Positions 35,566 to 49,023 of a stretch of 64,000 nucleotides of DNA are shown piece by piece. Position 1 is the first letter of the stretch; every line of letters begins with the position of its first letter. The notes under the pieces were generated by a model, which worked only from the letters and a program-made list of their open reading frames with translations, had not been told where the DNA came from and made no database searches. The DNA comes from Eledone cirrhosa (lineage: Eukaryota). The stretch lies in NCBI GenBank assembly GCA_964016885.1, contig OZ024745.1, positions 120,900,001 to 120,964,000 of the forward strand. The letters run 5' to 3'. The position numbers and the translations under genes are program-made.

Positions 35566-36430
35566 TCATCATCATCCTTTTATGTCCAATTTTTGTCCAT
35601 GGTTGCATGGGTTGATGGGTCTTTGCCAGCACAGTTTCCTCCTTGTTTCATTCCTTCACCATCTCTTTTGTGAGGTTCAGCACTTCTGCTCAGGTCTTCC
35701 TCTACTGCAACTTACACATCTTCACACAACAATCATCATCTATATTTATACCAGTGCAGTTTTCTCTCTTACACATTACATTGTTTCCTCTTCTACCAAG
35801 TTTTTATCTCAGTTAATCCATGCTTTGCCTTTCAGGCACATTAACATCAAAGCATGCTCACTTCATTTCTCTCCAGCCTTTGCATATCTTAAGCTTTTAC
35901 TGCCCAAGAGTAGGCATTTTACTGGCTGTTATCTTGGGTGTTGTTGAGTGGCTTGTGAGAGCAGTGCAAACCATATACAGAGGAGCTGTCAGTAAAGTGA
36001 GAGTAGGAAGTGAGTTTAGTGAGGAATTCAAGGTACAGGTAGGAGTTCATCAAGGTTTGGATTTTAACCCACTGCTGGTCATCATAGTTCTCCAGGCCAT
36101 AACAAAAATGTTTAACACCGGAAACCAATGGGAACTTCTGTATGCTGTCATCTTTCATACAGCTGAATCTGTAGAAGGGCTAGAGAAGAAATTCCTGTTG
36201 TGGATACAGAACTTTGAATTAAAAGGGCTCAGAATAAACTTAGCAAAGACCAAAGTTTCAGTAAGTAGGAAAGAGGAAAAGCCTTTGGTTCAATTGAGAA
36301 AGTGGCCCTGCTTGATATGTAGAAAGGTGTAGTGGGTCTGTAGGCAGACTAGCAAGAAAGATAGACTCTGCATATGGCAAATACATAGGAATTGTATGTA
36401 GTAAGAGCAGTAGTGAAATAAACTTTTCCT
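35566..36430. mobile_element. RTE LINE remnant with two parts in opposite orientation
   Basis: 35566-35910 is an RTE 3' end on the minus strand with a (CAT)n tail. 35930-36430 is the RT region LGVVEWLVRAVQ...WPCLICRK on the plus strand. Confidence 0.7.
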
Positions 36431-36529
36431 AATCTTAACATTAGGAAGGGCACCGAGCCGTAGAAACAAGACTTAGTATGTGACAGCCCCTCTAATCCAT
36501 GCAAGCATAGAGAAAATAGATGTTAAACA

Positions 36530-36965
36530 GTGATAATGAAGATGATATTGCTATGATAATGATGATGATGACCATGATGTGAGGGTGATGGCAATGAAGT
36601 GATGGTGATGATAATAATTATGTTGTGATAGTGATGGCAATGAAGTGATGGTGATGATAATAATTATGTTGTGATAGTGATGGCAATGATGATGGTGATG
36701 AGCTGATGGTGACAACAATGGCAATAATGATGATAAAGATGATGATGATGTCATAATGGAAATGATGCGATGCGATACAATGCGATGTGATGTGATGGAG
36801 GTGACGATGAGGATGACAACTGATAATGTGATAGAGGTGATGATATTGATATTGATGATGTGATAGAGGTGATGATGATGATGACAACTGATGATGATGA
36901 TGATGATGGCAACTGATGATGATGATGATAGTAATAGTGATGATGATGATGATGATGATGATAAT
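36530..36965. repeat. Long degenerate (GAT)n microsatellite expanded from a SINE tail
   Basis: Follows a SINE2 3' end at ~36435-36545. Confidence 0.9.
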
Positions 36966-37285
36966 GCATCACTGCCAACACTACCACAATTAATGACAGC
37001 TTTCTATTTGACAAGTAAAGAGACATTAACCCTTTAGTATTTACTTAACTCTATATATACTACTGTATTTTTCTGGTGAAGGCTTTAGCTCACATAATTA
37101 GAGATTTTAATATTATTTATTTTGAGAACAGTGGCCAGTTACAGCCAATTTGAACAAAAAGAGGTGAGAGAATTCTGGCTGGATATGGCCAGTTTAAATG
37201 CTAAAGGGTTAAAGAAATATATAAGAGAATACAAATCAATGCTGTGTGAGAAGACAGAAGTAGAAAGACAAACAGTTATACATAC

Positions 37286-37442
37286 CAGGATAGGGGAAAT
37301 AAAACCAGGATGAAGAATGGACAACATGAAATCTGCTGTCAGTTCGAGCATAGTACTGAGGGTTTTTTGGATCATCAGACAAAACTCCAGTTTTGGTTAA
37401 GATATCGCTTAGAATCCAACCAAATATTATAGCAAAGAGTAT
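37286..37442 (-). CDS. SLC23/NAT exon (ILFAIIFGWILSDILT...YYARTD...WFYFPYPG)
   Basis: AG/GT sites, 157 nt, phase 0-1. ARTD and WF.FPYP are SLC23 motifs. Confidence 0.93.
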
Positions 37443-38832
37443 CTAGTAAAATAGAGAACAGAAAGGAGATGTTCACTGTATATGGTGGAGATTTGGATTA
37501 CAGTAATAAAGATGATAATGATAGGTATAATGAAGATGATGATTTTGTTGATGGGGAAAGATAATGTGGTTATCATTAACTTAATAATTATTTCATTTAA
37601 TGTTTTTAATTACTTAAATTTTTTTTCATAGACTGATGCATATGTGTGTGCATAAGTGTATGTGCATATGCATACATTTATATGAATGAGTATCTATATA
37701 TTACTAAAACTCTGTGATTGTGTGCTTGTCTGTAATTTAATACAGCCAAAACGGTGCATAATGAGAAAAGGAAGTTGCCCCTGCAATTCGAATACAAATG
37801 AAATTAAACAAGTTTCGCGTAAATCAGAGCACGGGTTCCCAAGATACAGGGTTTTTCTGGGTACCTTCATAAATAGAGAGAGAGAGAGAAAGATAGAGAG
37901 AGAGAGAGAGAAAGATAGAGAGAAAGAGATAGCAATTGTGAGAGAGTAGATTGAAAGAGAGACATGGAGAGAGAGAGGAGACAAGAGAAGAAAAATGGAA
38001 GAGAGATAGGAAGGATTTCTAAGTGCGTGTGAATATGTATGTGTGTGTGTGTGTGCGCGCGTACGACCCCCAGTACATCCCTGGTACTTTATTTTATCGA
38101 CCCCCATAAGGATGAAAGGCAAAGCTAACCTTGGCGGGATTTGAACTCAGAACATATAGGGACGTAATTCTATGCTGCTAAGTATGGTGTTCGACGCTCT
38201 GCCAATCCACTGCCCTTTTTCCCTTCATACATAACACATACATATATGTGGAATTCTTACGGATAAGTGCTAAACTTTGTATGCAGCATAAAACCAGTAA
38301 ATAAATTAGTAAATCCTATAATATGGTAAAACTTTCAAAATAGTGAAAAATCAACAACACTGTTGCAAAAGATGGTTTACAAAAATTAAAAAATAATGTA
38401 GGACAAACAACATATCGTCGTCATCATCACTATTTCATGTAGCAGAATCTAAATAAAGAAAATGTATGTTAACCCTTTAGCATTTACATTACTCTATATT
38501 TACTACTGTATTTTCACAGAAAAGACTTTATCTCACATAATCATCTCACATAATATCGAATCTACAAGATTTTGATGTTATTTATTTTGAGAACAATACT
38601 TTTGAGTGGCTGGCTACGATCAGTTTGAACAGAAAGTGGTTAGAGAATTCTGGCCGGATATGGCTGGTTTAAATGCTAAAGGGTTAAATGATGATGATGA
38701 TGAGGAAATATCAATGAAAAGCAAGCAACTAAAACCAAACTCAACAAGACACATGACATATCCAACAAATGAAGTGATCCAGCAAGAGTTAAGTACTTGG
38801 CCATACATAAAAACTAAAAAGAGAAAACTTAC

Positions 38833-38953
38833 TGCAAACACTTTATGTAAAGGATACTTCATGAGGTGACAGTGCTTTTGTTTATTCCAATTTGGTAAAT
38901 AGCAATTTAGTTTCTCGCAGTATAGACATAAAATTCCAGCAAAAACAGCAGTT
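38833..38953 (-). CDS. SLC23/NAT exon (TAVFAGILCLYC...YPLHKVFA)
   Basis: tag acceptor and gtaagt donor, 121 nt, phase 2-0. Keeps frame between the neighbouring exons. Confidence 0.88.
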
Positions 38954-39069
38954 CTAGAAATTTTTAAAGAAAGATGATTACAAAGGATTGCATGATTGGT
39001 GAAATAAATTGGTTAGAACAGAGTTTCTAGCTGTTTTTAACAAATTATTTATGAAGGTTTGAAGATTGA

Positions 39070-39450
39070 ATAACATTACAAATATGTTTTAAATATATAC
39101 ATAAATAACATTACAAATATGTTTTAAATATATACATAAATAACATTACAAATATGTTTTAAATATATACATAAATAACATTACAAATATGTTTTAAATA
39201 TATACATAAATAACATTACAAATATGTTTTAAATATATACATAAATAACATTACAAATATGTTTTAAATATATACATAAATAACATTACAAATATGTTTT
39301 AAATATATACATAAATCACATTACAAATATGTTTTAAATATATACATAAATCACATTACAAATATGTTTTAAATATATACATAAATAACATTACAAATAT
39401 GATTTAAATATATACATAAATAACATTACAAATGCATAAATAACATTATA
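39070..39450. repeat. 35-bp AT-rich minisatellite (~10.5 copies)
   Basis: Unit TAACATTACAAATATGTTTTAAATATATACATAAA. Confidence 0.95.
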
Positions 39451-39522
39451 AATTGCTCGCAATTTGTTCAGAAGAATATTACAAATATAATGTCTAAGCC
39501 GTGTATAAAAATATAATATAAT

Positions 39523-42190
39523 TCATCATCATCATTTTACGTCCGCTTTTCCCTGCTTGCAAGGGTGGGACGGGTCTTATTCAGCACAGCATCTCTCCAC
39601 TCGTCACGGTCCCTCGTCATCTCCACCGTGAGCTTCAATGATCTGAGGTCTGTTCTCACCACCTCCGCCCATGTTTTTCGTGGTCTACCTCTACCACGTC
39701 TTCCTTCAACTGGCATTTCCTGGCACTTCTTCACCCATCGGTCATCCTCCATGCGCATCACATGTCCATACCACCTCAGTCTCCTCTCCCGTACACTACA
39801 TTCTATCCCTCTCAGACACAGTTTCTCTCTCAACACATTTATGCTGGGTCGTTCACGCACATTTACACTGCACATCCAACGGAGCATGCTTGCCTCATTT
39901 CTCTCCAGCCGTCGCATATCCTCTGCGGTTGCTGCCCATGTCTCATTACCATGCAGCATCGCGCTCCTCACACAGGCATCATACAACCGGCCTTTCGTAC
40001 GCAGGGAGAAACCCTTCTTCGTCAACAGAGGAAGCAGCTCCCTAAACTTCTTCCAACCCGTCCTTATTCTAGATACTATGGCCTCGGAACACCCTCCTCC
40101 CATGCTAATCTGATCTCCTAGGTACCGGAAGCTATCCACCACTTCTATAGCGCCCTCTCGCATTTGAAAAATGTGTCTATCAGTGCGACTTCTACTGTCT
40201 AATTTCCCTGTACATCTACTGCATACATATTTCTCCCTACCTGTTAGTTTGCCTGCTATCCCGCTACATCTCTTGTGTACCCAGGACCTGCATTGTGTGC
40301 ATTTTATAGAATTTATGCCAGTTCCTTTTCTACATATTGAACATGGCCATTTCCCTGACGGAATCAGGGTTTTGTCCTCTTTTCTACTCATCAACACTTT
40401 TGTCTTAGCTAGATTTACTCTCAGTCCTCTTGCTTCCAACTGCTGTTTCCATAGCCGGAATTTATTCTCTAACTCCTCTACTGATTCTGCTATAAGAGCC
40501 AGATCGTCAGCATAGAGAAGTTCCCATGGACAGCCAGTCTTAAACTCCTCTGTTATGGCTTGGAGGACTATAATGAACAAGAGCGGGCTGAGGACCGAAC
40601 CCTGATGTACTCCTACTTGTATCTGGAATTCCTCACTAAACTCCATTCCTACCCTGACTTTACTGAGAGTACCTCTGTACAAAGTTTGCACTGTCCTCAC
40701 AAGCCATTCCTCAACACCTAGCTTCCTTAGGGACCACCAGATGACAGATCGGGGGTACCCTATCAAAGGCCTTCTCTAGATCAACAAAGGCTAAGTATAG
40801 TGGCTTATTCTTCTCTAAGAACCTCTCTTGCATTTGTCTCACCAAGAAGAGGGCATCTGTTGTACTCTTCCCAGGCACAAAACCAAACTGCATCTCATCT
40901 AGTTTGACCCTTTCTCTAATTAGTTGTGCTAAAATCCTTTCTGCCACTTTCATAACCTGATCTATCAGTTTTATACCCCTATAATTGCTCCTCTCCAAAG
41001 CATCCCCTTTACCTTTGTAGCAATTTATGAGAATACTGCTGCACCAGTCTTTGGGTATGACACCACCATATATAGCCTGATTGATGATGCGTGCAACCAG
41101 TTTAGTGCCTACGTCCCCTGATGCCTTCAGCATCTCAGCAACTATTCCCGATGGTCCGGCCGCCTTACCATTTTTCATTTCCCTAATCGCCTCTTGGACC
41201 CTATATTCGTCAATCTCAATAGCTGGTCCCTCTGTCGGATCTACCAAGGGTAATTTCTCTCTCTCCCATTCGTTCTCCACATTCATCAGTCTCTCATAAT
41301 GACATTTCCAGGCCTCCTTTTTCTGGTCATTCGTGACACTAAGTACACCGGCATCATCCCGGACACATTTATCTCCAACAATATCCTGATTTGCATTGAC
41401 ACACTGCCTTGCAATGTGGAACACCGCACGCCTCTGATCTTCCCATCGCAGAACATTGGCAAACCTCCTACTCTCTGCCTCCCTGCGTGCTAAGTACACC
41501 TGACGTCTAGCTTCTCTCTTAGTGGCTGTATATTCTTCCCTACTCCCACCCTTTTTCCAAGCCTTCCATGCTAGTCTTTTGTCTCTAATAGCCTTATCTA
41601 CTGTGCTGTTCCACCACCAGGTTACTCTCTGTCTGGTTGGAGCTCTGCTCCAGCCACAGGTTTCATCAGTAGCCTGCAGCAAGTTGTCACGTAAGAACTT
41701 CCAGTTATTATCTATGTCATACGTCTCTAAATCGTCTTCTTTTTCGTCATATACATCTTGAAGGGCTTTCCTAAATTTGTATTTTAGTGAAAGGTCTTTT
41801 AGCTCTCCACACCTTCCTATATGTCTCATTCCATCTCTTGCTTACTGAGATATCACTAACAACTAACCTATGCTGTGGGGTACATTCTTCCCTGGGGTAT
41901 GCCTTGGTATTAGACACTATCTGCCTGTCCCGCTGCCTAACTAGCAGGAAGTCAATCTGGCTTATGTGCTCACCAGATTTGTAGGTTATTAGGTGATTGG
42001 CAGGTTTCTGGAAGTTTGTGTTGCAAATAGTCAGTGTACTCGCATCACAAAATTCAAGAAGTCTCACTCCTTCTTCATTTCTTGAACCGTAACCGTGCCC
42101 ACCATGTACCCCAGTGTAACCATCCTGGAGCTGTCCAACATGACCATTGAAGTCTCCTGCTAGCATAACGATGTCTCCGTCCTCTGTCAT
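39523..42190 (-). mobile_element. RTE-clade LINE, 5'-truncated (partial APE endonuclease + RT + PHD-like finger), two frameshifts
   Basis: GDFNGHVG, SQIDF, QHRLVV (APE). NYRGIKL, QFGFVPG, AFVDLEKAFDRVP, GVHQGSVLSPLLF, LLYADDL (RT). RRLRWYGHV and GRGRPRKTW at the C-terminus. (TGA)n tail immediately after the stop. Confidence 0.95.
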
Positions 42191-42214
42191 TGTTCATTGA
42201 ACAATAATGATAAA

Positions 42215-42420
42215 GGAAAGGAGGGGAGGCAATCATCACCAACTGCGACAATCGACCGTACCTCACACCTTAGGGGTTAACTATACATTTTGAGGCAAGC
42301 CAACTTGCTCGCAGCATTACCACGGGTGATGGCGAGGCTAAGGTGCTGAAATAACCACGCACCCTCACGGGCATCACCCGACACCTCAGTAAGGCAAGCT
42401 GCCAGTGTATTGTGGAAAAT
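42215..42420 (-). mobile_element. CRE-clade (restriction-like endonuclease) LINE 3' fragment
   Basis: Encodes LAACLTEVSGDAREGAWLFQHLSLAITRGNAAS. A second, more decayed copy is at ~50310-50540(+) (EPVAVETSGFLGP...WLFHHVSL). Confidence 0.7.
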
Positions 42421-42623
42421 GTAGAAAAGAGTGATGTTTTTTGTGTGTGTTTTTATGGGAGGCTACAGCAATGCAAATAGGATATTAAATGTTAAAAATA
42501 ATGATAAAAAGTTATAATCTTGAGGTGTTTAATTACTCCTAAATATTTCAAGATAAACAAATCTCTTTGTCAAAAGAAGAGTTAGGGAAACTAAGTTGGA
42601 GCAGTATATCCTGTGTTGTTCTT

Positions 42624-42966
42624 TTGCAGTCATATTTAATTTCTACCCATTTGTACTAGAGGGAAGGAATACAATAGGGTTGCAGTCATATTTAATTTCT
42701 ACCCATTAGTACGAGGGAAGGAATAGAATACAATAGGGTTGCAGTCATATTTAATTTCTACCCATTAGTACGAGGGAAGGAATAGAATACAATAGGGTTG
42801 CAGTCATATTTAATTTCTACCCATTTGTACTAGAGGGAAGGAATACAATAGGGTTACAGTCATATTTATTTTCTACCCATTTGTACTAGAGGGAAGGAAT
42901 ACAATAGGGTTACAGTCATATTTAATTTCTACCCATTTGTACTAGAGGGAAGGAATACAATAGGGT
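42624..42966. repeat. ~55-60-bp minisatellite x6
   Basis: Unit TTGCAGTCATATTTAATTTCTACCCATTTGTACTAGAGGGAAGGAATACAATAGGG with two length variants. Confidence 0.93.
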
Positions 42967-43870
42967 GACAAATTACTACATTTACTCTTTAATTTATCCT
43001 TGGTTTTCTTGTTTAACTTTGATGCGTAAAACAAACTGACAAAGCCACTTGGTGGTTCACCAACTAATCAATGCTATCGTGTTTTTACAACTAATAAACA
43101 TATGAGATCGTCACAAAACTAATAAACATATGGATCGTAACAGAGCAAATCAGTACTAAGTAGGAGTCACTGACCTCTCAGTTGGCCTGAAGGAAGGGGG
43201 ACGCATTTCACATATGTTCCCATACTCTACACAGTATATTGGGTGTGCTTTATCATGGCACCAGAATTAGGAAGGTTGTCATACATTATGTGTTAGTTTA
43301 AGGAGGAACACTGAATATATTCTACTTGGTAGATCAGGATAGCTGAACGAGGCTAGGGTATTTCACAAAAGGGAACAACTTTGTGTGTTAAGGAGAAGAA
43401 CTTTCTAACATCATTAAACCCACCAAAAATCAGCTTTCATTCTATGGAACAAATCACCAATTTTAAAGAGTTCCTATTTGAATTAAAACCTTCCAGCATA
43501 ATTAAATTATGTTACAAATGCCATCTTAATAATGAAATAATTGTTTCTACATTTGGCATAATGAAATAATTTTGGTAAATACCTCCAAATTCTTCATTAA
43601 TTCAAATAGAGTGTATTTCATTAGAATTTGTGTTGTAGGTTAGATGGAACACATAGATAAATAGTTCCAAAGTTATGCTGTTTGAGAACAAAGTTCTTGG
43701 CAAAATGTTTAGTATGACATTGGTAGGAGTAAAGTTGGAGAGAGGGAGAGAAGCAAGCGAATTAGACAAATTTAAAATAGAATAGCATAAATTCAATAAT
43801 TTATTGGGTAAGAGGTAATTTTAATACCATCATTATCATCATTTTACATTCAATCTCCATGCTGGTACGA

Positions 43871-44112
43871 GTTGGACAGTTTGTTACAGTCAGGTCAGAG
43901 AAACCTATTGCTCATACATTCCATATTTAGCTTTGTTTCTACAAGTTGGACAGTTTGTTACAGTTGAAGACCAGTCAGGTCAGAGAAACCTATTGCTCAT
44001 ACATTCCATATTTAGCTTTGTTTCTACAAGTTGGACAGTTTGTTACAGTTGAAGACCAGTCAGGTCAGAGAAACCTATTGCTCATACATTCCATATTTAG
44101 CTTTGTTTCTAC
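43871..44112. repeat. Tandem triplication (~75-85 bp) inside a minus-strand SINE2
   Basis: AGTTGGACAGTTTGTTACAG...CCATATTTAGCTTTGTTTCTAC repeated three times. Confidence 0.85.
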
Positions 44113-47100
44113 GGCTGGATGCCATACATATCACCAACCACCTTATAGATTGCAGTGAGTGCATTTTTTTATAACACCACCACTACCCTTTTACAAAGTG
44201 AACTGGGTGCATTTTATTAGGACATCAACACAGCCAGTTTACAGGCTGAAAAGGGTATATTTTATTGTAACACCAACACACATGATTGTCCAGGCTGAAA
44301 ACTCCTCTCACACTTTATACTGTCTATGTTTGATTGCCAAACACTTTTAGTGTCACAGTGCATGTACTCTGTTGCATGGGTGTTTTGTATTATGGTATGT
44401 CACCAGTCAGCATGATCCTGTGTCATTTCTGAGGTCAATTTAAAAGTGACAGGTATGTATGTATGTATATATATAAGGTTGCTCAGTAAATGGATCATAT
44501 TTTTATGTCTGTACACAAATATACAAACATTATAGAGTTTTAACTGAAGCTGTGAGAAATGTGTATGTAAAGATAGATATTTATATATGTAAACATAATT
44601 TCATGGACTTAAGCCCATCTTTATAGTTACACTATATTTCAATCAGTCCTATCTCCAATCACTATCAGTCATCTTATTCCTGGATTTATAATTGTTTCTA
44701 CTTTTGGCACAAGGCCAGTAATTACCCAGTGCATTACTGGTACTTTATTTTATCGACCCTGTAAGGATGAAAGGCAAAGTTAACCTCGGCGGGATTTGAA
44801 CTCAGAATAGCAAGGGACGTAATTCTATGAGTCAAAGCATGGCGTCCGACCCTCTACCGATACTGCCAATTCACCTGGATATATAATGGTCCCAGACTAG
44901 ACACAAACACTTTGGATTGATATGTACTCTGGGTACCTACATGCATTCACACATGTGCACATACACACGCAGACACACAGTGAGTAGTGACCTAGATTAG
45001 TGATCATCAATCTTAAAATAAAAGCTAGATTGACAGAGACACAAGGTGGAAGGAAGACATGGATGGAAGCTGAAAGAACCCTCAGTGGATGACAAATTCA
45101 GAAAAATCCAATTTAATACTTAAGACAGAAAGGAAAAGGAAATGGATACCTTTATTATAAAGGAAGATTGGGAATTTCTAATAGACAACCTGCTGAAAGG
45201 TATGGACCAGATCTGTGGTTAGTGCAAGGTCACAGGGGGCCAGAAAGTACCATACCACAACAACTAAACTCATCCACTTCTTTGTAATAAAACCTTTCCA
45301 TCTCACACAATCCAACATTAACTGTTTCAGTTCTTCACCAGATAATTCTGTATCTTCCTCAACGACTCTCTTTAATGTCCTGAGAGGTCTTCCATATTTG
45401 TGTTTCACATTAGTGGGCTCCCATAGTAAAAGTTTTGTAGCAGGTTCATTGCCTCTCAATAAATCACAAAGTGATATGATGGTGGAATAATGGGGTAGAT
45501 AGAACCATAAAATTTAAGAGACAGACTTGGAAAGACTGGAAGAATGGGGGAAGCAGAATGCAATACCAAATATCTAGAAGAGAAACAGCAGGTATATTTA
45601 GCACAGGGTGAGGCAGAAAATACGAAATTTACACATTTTCTACAATATAAGGACCAGGGTGTTGAGGTGAAGTACTTAACTGATGTTGAAAAGAAAGAGG
45701 CATGGCACTACTACTATGAGAAATTATTGCTTGAAGAGAATGAATCAGAGAGAAAGAGGGAGAAAGAAGGAAGCCTACTCTATGTAGAACCAATTGAGGG
45801 ACCAGCGATCAAAGGAGACAGAAGTATGAGAGATAAAGTCGTTAAGGATAAGAAGCTCAGAAAGGATGCTGGACCATCTAGTATCAATGCCAAGGTGCTA
45901 AAAATATTTGGTAGATGATATATTAGTCATACACATAGTCAATCAAGTAGTACAGGATGGTGTCAAACCCAGTGACTGGTTTAGAAGTATCATTGTAACT
46001 GCTACAAGAGTAAAGGGGGTGTGTAAGAGAGGGGTGAATTTAGAAACATTAATTTACTGGATCAGGTCATGAAAGTTACTGAAAAAGATATTGCATAGCA
46101 GATTAGGGACAGAAGCAAGCTAGAGATGTAGTTCAACTTTATGCCAGGATGTGCTGCCACATCTGGTCTGGTGCTTCTGTCATGCATCTTGAGTCTGGAA
46201 AAGATCCAAAGATGAATCATCAACATTATTGATCCTGACTTATGTTGGCTTCAATCACTATGACGCCTTCAAAATGTTGCCTCTCTTTGCCTTTTTTATA
46301 AATATTTTCATGGGAATTGTTCTTTGTTGCCTTGTCTTCACGAGTTTAAACAAAGCACCAGACTGGGAGCTAAGTCTCATCCATTTACAATTGAAATTCC
46401 TAAACGCAATCACAAATTTTAATCTGATAGTTTCTTCCTTTGTATATCTTGCCTTCCAGCTTGTTTTCCTAACCCACTACAATTTGTAAAATTTCAAAAG
46501 CAACATCAATCACTATCTCTTTCCTTGAATTGTTTTCTCTGTCTTGTCCTTTTTCTTTTTCATTAACCCCTAGCACTTGAGTGACTTTATTGCCTTGCTT
46601 GGTTTGAGTAAATAACAACAAAAAGAGTATGCTTTTATATCTAGCATTTGTTGATCTATAGAAGGCCTTTGACAGAGTTCCATGGTCTGTAATTTGGTGG
46701 GTGTTAAGGAAGTTGGGTGTAGATAAATGCATAGAGGTGCAACTAGCAGAGTGAGAGTTGGCAATGAGTACAGTGACAAATTTAGTGTGTAGGTGGAGGG
46801 GGGGGGGGGCACTAGAGTTCAGTTCTCAATCAAGTTTAAGACAGGCTACCCATAGGAACCTCTGATGGCTTAGTCCATACAGTTGGATCTGTGGAAGAGT
46901 TAGAGATGAAATTCAAGACATGGTAGCAAAACCTGAAAGACTTCAAAGTAAACCTAGCAAAGACTAAAGTCTTTAATAGAAAATTAGTCAGGATTTTTAT
47001 ACCATCAGGAAAATGGCTTTGCTTGATATGCAGAAAAGAGTTGAAATAAATTCTATACATTGCATAGAGTGTAAACAATAGATACAACAGAGATACTATA

Positions 47101-48059
47101 GAATTACAGACAGATTAACAGAGAATGTAGATTCCATATACAGCAGATATACAGCAAATACACAGCAGTAATAAGCACTTGTGTAATAAATTCACTCAAC
47201 TGATTGTGCAGCTCCCTAGAAGTGGACAACAGCTTTTGTTATCAAGGTAGCCAGATCTGAAGTGTACGTGGGTGCTTGTAAAGCATAGTAGTTAGAGTAA
47301 GAACAGGTTGAAAGAAGTTCAGGTAGCTATTACCTCTTCTGGCAGCCAAGGACTTCTCTTTCAGAGTGAAGGGTAGACCATATGATGCTTGTGTGCAAAC
47401 TGTGATGCTGCATAGCAGCGAGACATGGGCCTTGACCGCAGAGGATTTGCAAAGACTAGAAAGAAATGAAGTGTGTAAGTTCCAGTGGATGTGTATAATG
47501 TTACTGTGCATAAATAATGTAACATAAATGAGCTGAGAGGAGAATTAAGTAAAAGAGGAATCAGATATAGTGTGCAAGAGAGAAGACTGCGCTTGTATCG
47601 TGTTGCTTATGAAAAATTATAGCTATATAAAGAGATGCAGAGCAAACACAATGGATAAGACTTGAGGAAGAAGTAGATCCAGGAAAACACGAGATGATAT
47701 GATGAAGACTGGCCTTAAGAAACTGACAGGACTATGTTGATAGATGCCTACTATTCTCCTATTAAATCCACTCCTATACTCAACCAATTATCAGCTATCT
47801 ACTGCATCTTTTCTGTAGCTACCATCTAGCATGATGTAACATTTTGTCCATCCATACTTGATCTCCACTACCACCATCACTATTGAACAAGACATATTTC
47901 ATATTACTTCAGTTCACTTAGTCGGCAAAAAATTTGTACCTGTAATTCAAAGTGCCAACCTTGTCACACACTGTTTGATGATGAATTTCCCCAAGAACTA
48001 TGTTAAGGGTGCACATGTGTCTGTGAAATGCTTAGCCACTTGCACATTAATTTGTAGTA

Positions 48060-48620
48060 GTACATTATATGTAGTAGTCCAACTGATTCAGGTCTGGAGA
48101 GCTAGGAGGCCATATGTTAGGAGTGATGTGATCCTGGAGATTGTAACTCATTCATTCTTGGGATCATCTTGGCCTTATGAGATGGTGCACAATCTTGTTG
48201 GTATGTGTATGGCCTTCTTTTGCTCACAGTCTCACTCCAAGGCCTCACAACCCTCTCCAACACCTCCTTATAGTGAGGAGGCATGACATCTCCCTCGTTG
48301 CTCATGACACCCAGAAACATCACAGTTGTCAGAAACTTTGTGTACATGGCTGTTAATGTCCTTAGAGTCTTTGTATAACAATCTGTCATTTCTTCAGTTG
48401 TCCTTTTGGTCTTGATCAAAGTTTTACTCAGAGAAAATCCAAAGACGTTTCAACTTGCTCTACAAGTGCTTTACACAGATCAGATGATTATCCTTTGTCC
48501 TTGCAGGCATGAGTCAGCCTCTCCACATCACACATGACTTGTATTGAAGATCCTTATAAACAATCCTTCTGATAGTGTCTTGAAACTTTGAGCTCCTTAA
48601 CAATAGCACTAATTGACTTT
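48060..48620 (-). mobile_element. Decayed Tc1/mariner-superfamily transposase fragment, maT (DD37D)-like
   Basis: VMFLGVMSNEGDVMPPH, RPYTYQQDCAPSHKAK and WPPSSPDLNQLDYY motifs. Frameshifted, so the D-D spacing cannot be counted. Confidence 0.75.
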
Positions 48621-48838
48621 CTGCGGATTTTATCAATAATTTTCTGCACCATTCATACAAATTTAGGTAGTATCAGGACCCTTATCAGGGGTTTTACATT
48701 TGCTGTAAAATACTCTGTCAGCAGCTTCCAGCCAATTGCAAACTTTGACAACACACTGCCCAGAACTTTCAGGAAGCAAGCAATTTCTAAATTACTATAC
48801 TCTGCTATTAACCCTTTAGCATTTACATTACTCTATAT

Positions 48839-49023
48839 AAGTGGTTCCCAAAGTGGGTTCTGCAGAAACCAAGGGCTCCACAAAGGAGTGTCTGGGATTC
48901 CATGAAAAAAGGTAGAGGAGTGTATTTATATTATGACCTTATAACATTATTAGACTTTGGGGTTCCCCCAAAAGTTTTTGAACCAAAAAGGGTTCCGCGT
49001 TTGAAAAAGTCTCGGAAACCCTG
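48839..49023. mobile_element. hAT-type MITE nested in a piggyBac MITE
   Basis: 8-bp TSD CTCTATAT at 48831-38 and 49024-31. Ends (A)AGTGGTTCCCAA and TCGGAAACCCTG. Confidence 0.8.
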
